A DNA stretch of 64,000 bases, taken from the NCBI GenBank assembly GCA_040954595.2, contig CM082593.2, positions 9,557,200-9,621,199 on the forward strand. Reading direction: 5' to 3'. The notes beneath the pieces are model-generated. The model was not told the origin of the DNA and made no database searches. It saw nothing but the letters and a program-made list of their open reading frames with translations. This document shows, piece after piece, positions 37,979-49,365 of this stretch. A program made the position numbers and the translations under genes. Position 1 is the first letter of the stretch, and every line of letters begins with the position of its first letter. Source of the stretch: Balanoglossus misakiensis (Eukaryota; Animalia; Hemichordata).

Positions 37979-38548
37979 GGTCGTTTCGGGAAATGTGCTC
38001 GCTGTGTGTTGCTAGGTATATGCTATACATTAGGCTAGGCTGTGTTCACATCAAAAGTCAACTTACGCCAATTGCTTCGGATTGGGTATCACTCGTCTTC
38101 TGATGTCAACCGTCGCTGGGTCACCATGTTATGTTTACTGACTCGGTGAGATCAGGTAATGTTTTGTGTAACTCGTTTAATGAGAAACTTCAACTGGAAC
38201 ACGAACACAACAACTGTACGTTCTGCTAGTACAAGATGGCAGCCATGAACGCGGGAAAAATCATGACCTTACAATGTCATATGAACTCTGCTAGAGGGCG
38301 CTCTATCAAAGCATTGCATGTGGTATGCTATAGTGAGATTATAGGTATATCATAACAGACATTTTTTTTATTTAATTTATTTAATTTAATTTGGGCGATA
38401 AAGAATTTTACAGCGCTCAAAAAACAGATGCTGATACATTTAAAGGTACAGATACAGATTCAGTAACAAATATTACATATTAAATTGTGGTATATATTAA
38501 ATTGTTGTATATGCAATTTCAAAGGAGATTCTCAAGTTACAGATATCA

Positions 38549-41500
38549 TTATACATCAACATTTCCCCATTTCAGTAAAGCATTCTCTATACAATTATTT
38601 CTTTTGGCAATATACATTTCCACTTTCTTCATAATTCGTACATATATTTTCACAATATTGAAGGAAGGGAGACCTTACAATCATAAATAGTATTCTTTGT
38701 GACAAGTATTACGTGATTTAAAAGTGAATTAAGAGATGCATCTCCCAAGAGAATTTGTTTAGCGGAAAGATTAGGAGGTGCATCAAGTGCAGAGCCCCAC
38801 AGGAGCAAAAAGCTTCTCCATAAAGTTTGTACACATTCACACTCTACAAATAGATGAAGAATGGTCTCGTCGACTTTTGACAAAAAGTACAAAGACTACT
38901 GTTAACTCTGGGAGGATTCATACGAAACAAAATACGGTTTGTACATAAAACATTATGATTTAACTTCCACTGGAACTCTTGCAATTTTTTTTCTATTGTG
39001 ACCTTGAATGGTAGTGCAAAAATATGACACCACTCATTTTTGTCCACAGTTAAAAAACTGTGAAAAGTACAGCACACTCTTTGGAGGAAATACATAACTT
39101 GCTGTGAAAAGTTTTCTAATATTTTTCACCGTACACTTCCTCAATGGCATAACTTTGTTACAAATTATTACACTGATAGGCAATTCTGGCCTAATTACTT
39201 CCACATTACATTTCTTCCAATTTGATGGAATTGACTGTAAAATACCTTGCCATTGTAAAAGATGGTTAAGAGTACATCCCATAGCAGATAAATCAATCCA
39301 CGTTTTCAAATTATTGTATTGATTAAAGATGTCTACAATGTACACTATACCTTTTTGGAAGAAAAGCTTATTAAAAATTCAACAATTGTTAATGAGAATT
39401 TCTTTGTTGTCCCAAATGATTTGTTGCGTAATACCAAAATAATTACAAGGATTAATGTCACTCCAAAATTCCAACATTTCAATGACAAAGTCTGGTAGTT
39501 GAATGGGAAGAGGTTTTACACTGTAGTTACACCTGAAAATGAGTCTGCCACCAATTGGTTGCAGAAAAAAATCCAAAATTAGTTTCCATGGGAGCTTTGT
39601 CTCAGACACGTAGCGCTTAATCCATGAAATTTTAAAAGCTTTGTACAATGCAAAAATGTCTATCATGCCTATTCCCCCTTCTCTAATATCACCGATTATC
39701 GTATTTCTGCTGACCCTATCAGGGCCATTCCAAATAAATTTGTGGATGACATTGTTAATTGTTTTGATATCTGAGAATTTGATAATTATAAGGTTGAAAA
39801 TGTACAGAAACTTGGAAATGATCAATGTTTTAACAATCTGGATTTTACCAATTAAGGTAAGCCCTCTGGACCGCCAGTGGCAAAGCAAACGTGACATTTA
39901 TAAGCAGCAGCAAGGTTATAAGAAAAGAAAATGCCCACAATTTTAATTGGCGTCTCTGGCCATTTTATACCAAAAGGTTTATCCTCTCTGTGCCTCCCTT
40001 TGCCAAGCCACATAGCTTCCGTTTTGTTACGATTTATACATAAACCAGATGCTAAATGAAAATTGTTTAAAAGAGAAAAAAGATTCACAGCAGATGTTTC
40101 GTCTGCCAAGAAACATGTCAGATCATCTGCAAATGCAGCATTTTTGATTTCTTTGTTTAATATACCAATGCCATGAATATTATCATTTTGTTGAAAAGCA
40201 ACTGAAAGTACTTCCAACCCAATGATAAAAAGAGCTGGGGATAGAGGGTCTCCTTGACGAACACATCGCTGTAAATCAAAATATCCTGTTGAGAGGCCAC
40301 AATTAAGAACACAGCTGGTTGGATGTGAATAAAAAGTGCGAATCCAATTCATAAGAGAAGGGCCAACATTTAAAGCTTCAAGAGCTTTATACAGAAATGG
40401 CCATTCTAGGCTGTCAAAAGCCTTCTCAAAAGCTACTGCCATAAGAATACCAGGTAAGTTTTCCATTTTTGTAAACTCCAAAATGCTATCTATGATTCTT
40501 ACACAATCACCTATTTGACGACCCTTTATAAAAGCACACTGGGTCTCATTAATAATATTATGCAAGATCTTGTCTAAACGTCTAGAAATACATTTCGCAC
40601 CAATCTTGTAATCCACATTTAAGAGTGTAATGTGCCTCCAGTTTTTAACAAAACGTTTGTCTTTACCCTTTTTCTCAATGAGAGTGATAACACCTTGCTT
40701 CTGACTGTTTGACAAAACACCCATCTCATAACCTTTGTTTAAAGAATTAACAACATAGTAACCTATAAGAGGCCAAAATTTCATATAAAATTCAACAGAC
40801 AGGCCATCATTACCTGGAGTTTTGTTTGATGGCATACTAGAGAGGGCCTGGAACGCTTCATCATAAGTGATGAGGCCATCACAAGAGGCGCTATCTGTAT
40901 CAGTTAACATGGGCAAGTTTACCATGTTGAAAAAGTCAGTAATGGAGTTCAGATTTTCATGATTTTGTTTACTATGATAAAGCTTGGAATAAAAAGACTT
41001 AAGTTCTCCTAAAATCTCTTGAGAGTCCGTAATCCTCCTCCCTTCATCATTTATAATTTGGACAATGTGGGACTTCTTAGAATTAACCTTTTCCAAACTA
41101 AGAAAATAATTTGTATTCTTTTCCCCCAGCTCATACCAGTTTGCTCTTGACCGAATAATGCTACCTTCAACAACGTAATCTAATTCTATCTGCAATTCCT
41201 TTCTTATACATTCAATCTCATCCCTAATCTCATTGGATGGATCAGAAGCTAGAGCTACCTCCATATGGGTAAGCTTGGTCTCAAGCTCAGAAATATTATC
41301 TCTTCTAGCTTTTGCCTTTTGTTTCCCATAAGAAAGAGAGGCTGTCTTAATTTTGTACTTCAAAAAATCCCAAACTTGAATTGGCTCTTGAGAGTGCTAC
41401 TCATCTACCCAATTTTCAAAGTTGCCATAAATAAGTTTGATAAACTGATCATCTAGAAGAAAGCTATTATTGAACTTCCAGTAGGAACGCCCAAGCCTGG

Positions 41501-42233
41501 CTCGACTATCACCAATGGAAAGAGTAATTGCAGAATGGTCACTATAATTACAAGAAATGATATCTGTATCTGAGACAGCTTGCTGCAGAGAGCTGCTCAC
41601 TAAGAAATAATCTAAATGACTCTGAATTAACTCGGGACGCAATTTGCTCCAGGTAAAACGTCTCGTGGAAGGATTACGGACTCTCCAAATATCCGAAAGA
41701 TCAAATTTAGCACAAAGCTCACTCAAAATAGTAGCTGACTTTTTCCACGTGGTTGGGTTTCCACCTTTCCTGTCAAGTTAGGATTTATAGTCATATTATG
41801 ATCCCTTACCCAAATAATCTCTCTATCTGGTTCTATTTCCATAGCATAAAGCATTTCAGTGATCTGTGAAAGATATGAAACATGCTCAGTTTCATTATTT
41901 GGACCATAACAATTTATGAGTAAATACGGCTTTTCAAAAATATCTTCTGAAATAATAATCCGACAATCTTTATCGGTACTTACATTATAAATAGAGAAAT
42001 GTACATTTCTAAAAATAACAAGTACACCTCTACTATTGGAGGTACCGTGTGAAAAAAAAATGGCCAGGGAGTAGACTTGGCCACAGCTGTTCATCTTTAG
42101 GCACACTATGAGTTTCTTGAAGGAAAATGATATTTGGATTTTTCTTTTGCAACCACTGAAAAACACCTTTTCGTTTCTTATAGTTAGCAATACCACGCAC
42201 ATTTGCTGAAATTACATTATAGTTCTCTGACAT
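38549..42233 (-). pseudogene. L1/Tx1 ORF2 (endonuclease, RT, Zn finger) with multiple frameshifts
   Basis: SANVRG, FLQETH, SDHSAI, YWKFN, PGNDGL, VRQGDPLSP, FADD, CTFC..ETILHLFVEC. Confidence 0.9.
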
Positions 42234-42740
42234 CAAATTTGACAGAAAATAACTGTACAAAGATGCACTGAATTTTTTCTAAATCTCCCAAAATTTTCAA
42301 AATAGAAAAGAAAAAAGGAAAAAAAATGAACTCTACAAAGAGCTCAGCAAAGACCGAAAACAAAAGAAAAACAAAACAACAGGCAAGGTGGAGGATCTGG
42401 TACATGGCGTAAAGCAATTTAGGGAGGTGTGGGGAAAGAATATCTCCCCAACAGCGATAACCATAGTCAAAAGCATAATTGACTAATGCAGTAAAATGAG
42501 AAAAGAGAGAGAGAGAAAAAACAAGACATGAATGATCACAACATCGAATAACAGGTCAACAAAAAGCATTTCTCTAATGGCAGGTGTCCATGTATACAGA
42601 CAAGTAAAAGAGGACTGATCACCAGTAGCGACATTGCTCTCACACTGACATCAAAAGGATATGATAAACAAGTCAATGTCTTTGCTGGTAATCTTGTGGT
42701 GAAGGCGTGTATTTTGAGTTGTTGATGTAGAGTTGACCAT

Positions 42741-43513
42741 TTACGAACTTGACTTTCTTTTTTTCGTTGTACGGAGGCTTTGCTTGACTTTATAGTCCGC
42801 TGGGCACAAGTCTGGTTTGACAAAAATGTCCGTACCTCTGAAAGCCGTACGCCAGTTTCTCAGTAGTTCACTCCGCTGTACTCGAAGAGGGAGTTTAACG
42901 ATGATATGCCTCGGTTTGCCAGATTTACTGCGAGTGTCTTTCACACTTGGACTGCGTTGGGCATTGTCAATCAAAATGTCCGCCATCTTGAACTTTTCTG
43001 CAGCGAGTCTCTTTATGGTTTCAATGCAATTTCATCATCTTTTTAGGGTATGCCTCCAATACGGAGATTGTAGTTTCGGGAGTATCTTTCAAGCCTTGTC
43101 ACCGAACTCTCAACTTGTTCATTTCTTTTGGTAAACTCCTCTAATTTTGTTTGAAGTTTCTGAAAATCTGCCTTCAACTCCACGTTCTCTCCCTTCAGCG
43201 TATCTATGTCGTCATCTGCATACTGCATGGCCTTTTCAAGTTCAGTGTATTTCGTTTCAACAAGTTTCATTCTTTCAGATAGCTTTCGTTGTTCAGTTAT
43301 AATCGTTGAAACCCGGTCAGATATCGAGCCCACTTTCTCCTCTAAGTTCTGCAGACATTCCTTCATTAAGGCTTTCAGCGAGTCACGAGAGAAGCCACTC
43401 TCACCTTCTCGCACGCACGGTTCTGATGTACCGCCGCCATCTTTGAAGTACGCTGCGATGTCTTGGTTGTCCGTACCGACTTTTTTGCTCTTATTTCGGG
43501 TTGCGTTTGCCAT
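42741..43513 (-). pseudogene. L1-type ORF1 (coiled coil plus RRM-like region), disrupted
   Basis: Heptad region, LERYSRNYNLRIGGIP, then after a break PRHIIVK..IFVKPDL. Confidence 0.85.
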
Positions 43514-44940
43514 ATCGCTTCCAGGTCCGCTACAAGCGTTCTAGGTAACTTTAAATCAGTAACAGTAACGTCAAATGTTAAACCTGGTGGACTATTACCA
43601 TGAAATTTCGACCTGCTTTTAGTGACGGTGTGACCACACTGTTCACTCCAGCGCCATGACCTATGACCCCTGTAACATAACAGACATAGTAGTCAAAGTC
43701 CAGTATGTGTTTAAAATGATACCCTGGTCACACACAGTGACAAATATCAGCCTTTGACTATTGTGTCAAATTATCTAATTTGTGCATTGTTAATAACCCA
43801 CTGTGAAGTTTAGTCCAGGTAATTCTTTTTCAGTGTGGAAACATACTATACTTTGAATACATGTTGCATATGGAGTGTTGAAGGTTATAGTTGGATGCAG
43901 TTTTCCAAGCAATTAGGAAATTTTTATATATCGCTTTATACTATTTCATTGGTTGATAAACATCATGATTCTTCACGTCACGATGAAAACTGAAAAATAA
44001 AAATGTTGCTTTATATGCACCAAAAACTATTTTTTTCACCATTGCTATGAAAAATAAAGCACAAAAAAACGTAACACTTTACATCTTACAGTAAAGGGCA
44101 TTGCCTGTCGATGTGATACACTTTATCATATAACTTCAAAACTGGTAGCTAGGGCAGTGTTTGCACAGAGGAGTCCCTTAAATGCCTTCGCTCATTCACA
44201 CCTCTTCAGTGATGATGCCTGGATTATATTGACATGAAGCTGTTTGTTCAGCAGTGTTTCAACTGCCAGCCACCTGAGTTAATTTTAACACCCAAACACT
44301 GAAAATATTGTAGCAATCAATAATATAACCTACACGCGGGGTAAAAGTCATCGTGTTTTAAAGTTATGTTGATGCCTGATGTGCATTGTGACTCACGGGG
44401 CATGCAAGGGTAAAGCTTGTCCAAAGTTGACAAAGCAAAATACCAGACTAAGTGCCTGTTTTAAAATGTACCTCTTTCCAAGGACCTTGGTGACGAGGCA
44501 TAAATTTGGGAACGTTCACGGGACCCATTTTTTCACTGGACCCGCACATGTAATTATATAACCATGAAATTGAACTGTTCCCGGGAGCTACCGAGTGTTG
44601 CCTTGTTTCACCCGCAGGTTACTAGCTAGGGTTTTTACACTGCCGGCAGTAGTTCCAAAAACTAGCTACACTGCGTAGTGATTGGTTGACTATATATGAA
44701 TATGCATGAGGTCTGGTTTATAAGGTTCTACCCAGATGTAGTGCCCATGCCTTCTCACGGCGGAGCGTGACAGAGAGCATATTCCGTGTACCTCGCTCGT
44801 CATCAAGTTTTCTAGGTGGAATTCAGAATGGCAACTACAACCACAAAAGCAACAGTTGTAACAGCACTGCAAACACCAGTTCTCAATACTTTGGCTGTGA
44901 GTAGAATGTCTACAACCAGGACTGCGACTGCCAATACCAC

Positions 44941-46527
44941 GAGCAGAATGGGTTTCGAAGTGACAGATCATGTGAAGATCACATTTTCACGCTCACTTCC
45001 ATTATCAGAAATAGGCTTTCAAATGGTCTTTCTACTTTTGCTACTTTTATTGATTTAAAAAAAGCCTTTGATTATGTGGATAGATCTGCGCTTCTGTATA
45101 AACTATTACTCCATGGTATTGATGGCAAAATGTATAGCAGTATTAAGACAATGTACTCTGACACCTTATCATGTGTTAAGGTAAATGATATGTATACAGA
45201 CTGGTTTACTACAAACATTGGATTAAGGCAGGGAGACAATTTGTCACCCTCTTTATTTTCATTTTTTATTAATGACTTAGCAGTTGAGCTTAAATCATTG
45301 AACAAAGGTATTTCTATTGATAACTGTAATATCTGTATATTGTTATATGCCGACGACATTGTCTTGATTTCGGATAATGAACTTGATATGCAAGCAATGC
45401 TTGACCATGTCGATGATTGGTGCTCCAAGTGGCGTCTTCTAGTTAATGGTAGTAAATCAAAAGTTGTCCATTTTAGGAAAGAAACCATGACAAAAAGTGC
45501 ATTTGATTTTCATCTTGGTGTAAATTCTGTTGAATATGCTCAGAAGTACAAATACCTTGGGATTGTATTAAGTGAATTTTTGGATTTTTCTGTTACTTCA
45601 GAAGCGTTGTCACAAGCTGCCAATAGAGCATTGGGTGCCTTGAATTCAAAAGTTAAAGTTTTGAAAAACTTTGGCTTTGAATCCTATACAAAACTATATA
45701 ATGCATGTGTTACCCCTATACTAGATTACTGCTGTGCAATTTGGGGGTTCAGAAAACATGATAAATGTGATGTAGTCCAAAACCGTGCCTTAAGATTTTA
45801 TTTGGGGGTTCATAGGTTTACTCCAACTCATGCAATTATAGGTGATACTGGTTGGTACTCTTGTAGAAATCGCAGACATATTAACATGATTCGTTATTGG
45901 AATAGGCTTCTGGCCATGGACGAACAAAGACTTACAAAAAGGGTCTTCTTGTGGGACTTTGCCTTAAATGATTACAATAATTGGTCAAATGAAATCTGTC
46001 AGATTTTTGATATTTTAAACGTAGATGTGGAAAACCTATTGTACATTAATATTCTTATGGTTAAAAGAAAGTTCTTATCAATGCTCGAGTCCGATTGGCT
46101 TGAGAATGCTAGACAAAAAGCTAAGTTACGTACTTATATTCTATTGAAATCTACTTATAGTGCAGAAAGTTATGTTACGTTGAATCTGTCCCGTCGACAA
46201 CGTTCGTTGACAGCACAAATTCGTGCCGGTGTATTGCCTCTTCGGATTGAAACTGGAAGATTTCGTCACGAGAGTTTAGATAGAAGGCTTTGTGAATTTT
46301 GTCAGAGTAATTCTATTGAAAATGAGAGTCACTTTCTATTGCATTGTCCATTTTATGATGATTTAAGGGTATCTTATATGAAATGTCTTACGGATGTACG
46401 AATTGGTGATATTCCAGACGTGGAAAAGCTGAAGTTATTATTTGAACAAATTAACGTTAGAAATACAGCAAAATATATCGAAAAAGCATTTCTTCGAAGG
46501 AAAGAAAGACTGTATAGGCTCAATTAG
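44941..46527 (+). CDS. LINE RT and C-terminal CCHC domain, N-terminally truncated open frame
   Basis: GLRQGDNLSP, LLYADD, YKYLG, LRIETGR, CEFC..ENESHFLLHC. Confidence 0.88.
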   Translation, partial: EQNGFRSDRSCEDHIFTLTSIIRNRLSNGLSTFATFIDLKKAFDYVDRSALLYKLLLHGIDGKMYSSIKTMYSDTLSCVKVNDMYTDWFTTNIGLRQGDNLSPSLFSFFINDLAVELKSLNKGISIDNCNICILLYADDIVLISDNELDMQAMLDHVDDWCSKWRLLVNGSKSKVVHFRKETMTKSAFDFHLGVNSVEYAQKYKYLGIVLSEFLDFSVTSEALSQAANRALGALNSKVKVLKNFGFESYTKLYNACVTPILDYCCAIWGFRKHDKCDVVQNRALRFYLGVHRFTPTHAIIGDTGWYSCRNRRHINMIRYWNRLLAMDEQRLTKRVFLWDFALNDYNNWSNEICQIFDILNVDVENLLYINILMVKRKFLSMLESDWLENARQKAKLRTYILLKSTYSAESYVTLNLSRRQRSLTAQIRAGVLPLRIETGRFRHESLDRRLCEFCQSNSIENESHFLLHCPFYDDLRVSYMKCLTDVRIGDIPDVEKLKLLFEQINVRNTAKYIEKAFLRRKERLYRLN

Positions 46528-46714
46528 CATGCATGATTTGTACATTTGTCACTGTGTATTGTACACCCATCTTTTTCTATTTTTTGCTTGGATCTTTAAA
46601 GTGACATATAAGTCCATTGGGCTGGGAGGTTTTCCTATTCAGATTATTATCTTCACTGTAAAGAATTTGTAATTGACCTCATGTCACTATAATAAACTAT
46701 CTATCTATCTATCT
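44941..46714 (+). mobile_element. 5'-truncated LINE (RTE-X-like) with a (CTAT)n tail
   Basis: Starts within RT (EQNGFR..DHIF..FIDLKKAFD). AATAAA at 46691 followed by (CTAT)n. No clear TSD. Confidence 0.88.
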
Positions 46715-46936
46715 AATGCTACTGTCGCTCTTACCAGTACCCGAACAGCCTCAACGGGTACCAGCCAAGTGCAACCAGTCGATGCGGTAAGTTTCACCTT
46801 GCAGATCGAATATTATTTGGTGCATGTTGCTGTGTTGTCTTTCCACAGCCAGCTTGTATTCTGATATTCTACGTTCAAGACCGAAGATATTATCGGGAAC
46901 TGGGACTGGAGTCATTTCGAATGAGAATGTGATGTA

Positions 46937-47302
46937 TTTGGGTCTGACGAAAGAGAAGTGATTTTTGAGTCGTCCCCATGAAGAGTTATAAATATGGTTG
47001 TGGGTATGACGAATTGACAGTTGGTAATGCCGAAGAAACTGAGTATTGAGTCGTCCCCATGGAAAGTTTTGAAAAACGGTTTTGGGTTGACGAATTTACC
47101 GTTGTTAATGGAGAAGAAACTTGAGTCGTCCCCATGAAAAACCTGAGACTGTAATGAATGGTAATGAAGGTGACGAGTCGTCCCCAAGTGTTTTTCTTTT
47201 CGTATTTGGGTTTGACGAGTCTGGAATCGGTGTACTCGTTACATAATGTGAAAAGGTAGCCGGATTGGTCATGGCAGGTTGTAACATTTGGGTTGACGAA
47301 TT
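46937..47302 (+). repeat. Array of alternating complementary motifs TGGGT(N)TGACGA and GAGTCGTCCCCA
   Basis: GACGA-type motif at 46946, 47008, 47089, 47172, 47214 and 47295. GAGTCGTCCCCA at 46967, 47048, 47123 and 47175. Confidence 0.85.
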
Positions 47303-48300
47303 ATCGAGCGCTAGTTGGAATGAATATGACTGCTGCAGAGGAAAATATTGCAGGTTGACTGTGAATGGGTGTGGCCAGAAATAATTGTCATGTAAATTAC
47401 ACGCTAAACGTGCGGCATACCCCAGGTGCTAAGGTTTATGCTTTGATTGGTGCATTGCAGGGACCCGCACATACTCGAAGACCGGAGATGTCAAGTGGCC
47501 CTCGACTGGAATCCTACGACAGGTTCGAAAGATATCTGACAGAGTTGCGGTTGTATGCTGAACGGGACGAAGCAGCTTTTAGTCCAGAAGAAGCTTTGGC
47601 TCGCCTGGAAATGCTCGTGGACATATCGATGGATATAGGACATAAGGACTATCATAAATACGTAGCCATGTTACGGGCTCTGCGTAAAGAGAGGCAATCA
47701 CCCGCTATGCCTCAGATGTTGCTTTCCCTACTTGGATCAGGTGCACATGCAGAGATCTTAGAGAAAATTGCAAAAGTGAAGAAAGCCGTTGGTAATACCC
47801 TTTCAAATGCTGGTCGCAGAGAGAATAGAGAAAGATCAAGTTTGCGATGTTGGAAGTGTAATAGAATTGGACATATAGCTAGGTTTTGTTATGGTAGACA
47901 TGATAGGTATGATCGCTACGATAGATTTGATAGATATGATGATGGGAGAAGGGAATCTTACCGTTCCCGTTCAGGTAGAGATACCAAATAGGTTATTGCT
48001 ATTAGTACAGGTTTACGGTGATTTGCCTGCCTGATGTATGGCTACATATGATATAAAGCGAACACCTTGGCTGGAATTCTATAGTGTCTATTGTATTGTA
48101 ACACAGAATTGATAATGATGATTAATGCATCTTTAGAATGTATTTTAAAGTGTTTTAGTTGCTGCTCGGTATAGACAGCGCCCTCGTTGGTACCAGCCCT
48201 ATTACTTACGTTTTTGTATTACTGCGCATGCGCAATTGATACGGCTGTACTGCCGCGCTCATCAACGGACTCGTTACTTAGTCTTGCAAGAGACCAAAAT

Positions 48301-49365
48301 ATGTCGTATAATCTGCGCAAAAGAAGTGCAATAACCGAAAGTTCATGCACAGGATGTGGTGTAGATCGTTGTGGATCGCCATCAGTATTCAGCAGTGACA
48401 CCGACAGCAAACCAGTCGAACCTGAGTCGCCAGCTTCAGTGACCGACGGATATCTATCTCCGGTAAGCCGCAATATGCCTGACGAGTGCCCGACCGACCT
48501 CAGTAAGTCACACGGAGCCAACCAACTCGAAAATAGGATCGATCGCCTAGAGCGGACCGTAGACAAACTAGCCGGACTTGTTGAACGCTCTCTTACCGTG
48601 ACAGACAAGAAGAACGAGCTTCCCCGCCAAAACGCAGTTGGCTACAATCAAATGGAGCGCCCCCACAGTTCTCAGCCCCCGGTACACGAACCAGCTGGAG
48701 TTGGTAACAAGGCATTCGATACTTTACACCAGAGGAAAACCCTTCACGAAGGAGTGCCCCTGGCGACAAGAAATAAAGTTCTTGCTGGTGAGTACATTGA
48801 TCTGAGCGAGTTACATCCATTGAACTTTGCTCATGTCTCAACACCGGACAAAATAGAAGCTACTATCGATGGCAGCCAAGATGTCTTCAACCCTAAGCGG
48901 AAAAAAGTTCCTATATCAATCTTTGGCGCTTGCCTGAACGCCTTTGCTATACTGGAAAGCATTCTACTCGAAAAGAAGCCAGCCACAGCAACATCACTTC
49001 TTGCATACCGCCAACTTATCCAGAACTGTGACAGCAAATTTACATGGCCAGTGGTGTATGCATATGATGTTAGATTTCGACACCAACTAAGTGAAACCTG
49101 CTCCTTTGACTACCACGCCCTGAACCAGGACCTGTACATCACTACATTCATGGACCCTGGTGCAGTAAAGACCACACGTAGGGAATGTTATCGCTGCAAA
49201 GCCACAGATCACTTAGCTAAGGAGTGTCCCTTTCGTGAGGAACTATCCACACCGGCGGAGAACACAAAGAAGAAAACAAAAACGGATGAGGTTTGCTTGC
49301 TCTACCAAACAGGTGAATGTAGATTCGCAAAGTGTAAGCGCCAGCACAAGTGCAAACGATGTTGA
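48301..49365 (+). CDS. Ngaro 2 ORF1 (gag-like)
   Basis: ATG directly after A1. GEYIDLSEL, YDVRFR, CYRCKATDHLAKEC knuckle and a C-terminal CCCH finger. Confidence 0.85.
   Translation: MSYNLRKRSAITESSCTGCGVDRCGSPSVFSSDTDSKPVEPESPASVTDGYLSPVSRNMPDECPTDLSKSHGANQLENRIDRLERTVDKLAGLVERSLTVTDKKNELPRQNAVGYNQMERPHSSQPPVHEPAGVGNKAFDTLHQRKTLHEGVPLATRNKVLAGEYIDLSELHPLNFAHVSTPDKIEATIDGSQDVFNPKRKKVPISIFGACLNAFAILESILLEKKPATATSLLAYRQLIQNCDSKFTWPVVYAYDVRFRHQLSETCSFDYHALNQDLYITTFMDPGAVKTTRRECYRCKATDHLAKECPFREELSTPAENTKKKTKTDEVCLLYQTGECRFAKCKRQHKCKRC

Larger units (their letters stand above)
32516..38357 (-). mobile_element. Decayed Ty3/gypsy (Mag-like) LTR retrotransposon
   Basis: 231-bp LTRs TGTTA..TAACA at 32516-32746 and 38127-38357 with several mismatches. 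TSD GACAC/GACAT. PBS TGGTGACCCAGCG (ends at 38126). PPT at 32747-32757. Confidence 0.93.
38363..43675 (-). mobile_element. Near full-length degenerate L1/Tx1-clade LINE
   Basis: A-rich tail at 38363-38392, 12-bp TSD CATAACAGACAT (38351-38362 and 43676-43687), ORF1 and ORF2. Confidence 0.92.
44828..47991 (+). pseudogene. Predicted spliced gag-like gene: Thr-rich exon 1 (44828-44940 plus about 46714-46786, split by a LINE) and exon 2 (47461-47991) with a CCHC knuckle
   Basis: The Thr-rich frame continues across the LINE. Phase-0 donor GTAAGT at 46787 and phase-0 acceptor TTGCAG ending at 47460. CWKCNRIGHIARFC followed by an R/D/Y-rich tail. Confidence 0.65.

Noticed and set aside
46937-47000. 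Hammerhead ribozyme (CTGACGA at 46944)
   Set aside because: The C of CUGANGA occurs in only one unit, there is no correctly placed GAAA, stem III or cleavage site, and the GACGA is instead complementary to TCGTC. An Infernal search would settle it.
46912-47187. Minus-strand ORF with three HGDDS repeats
   Set aside because: Translation of the DNA motif. It has a non-ATG start, and the fourth motif copy is out of frame.
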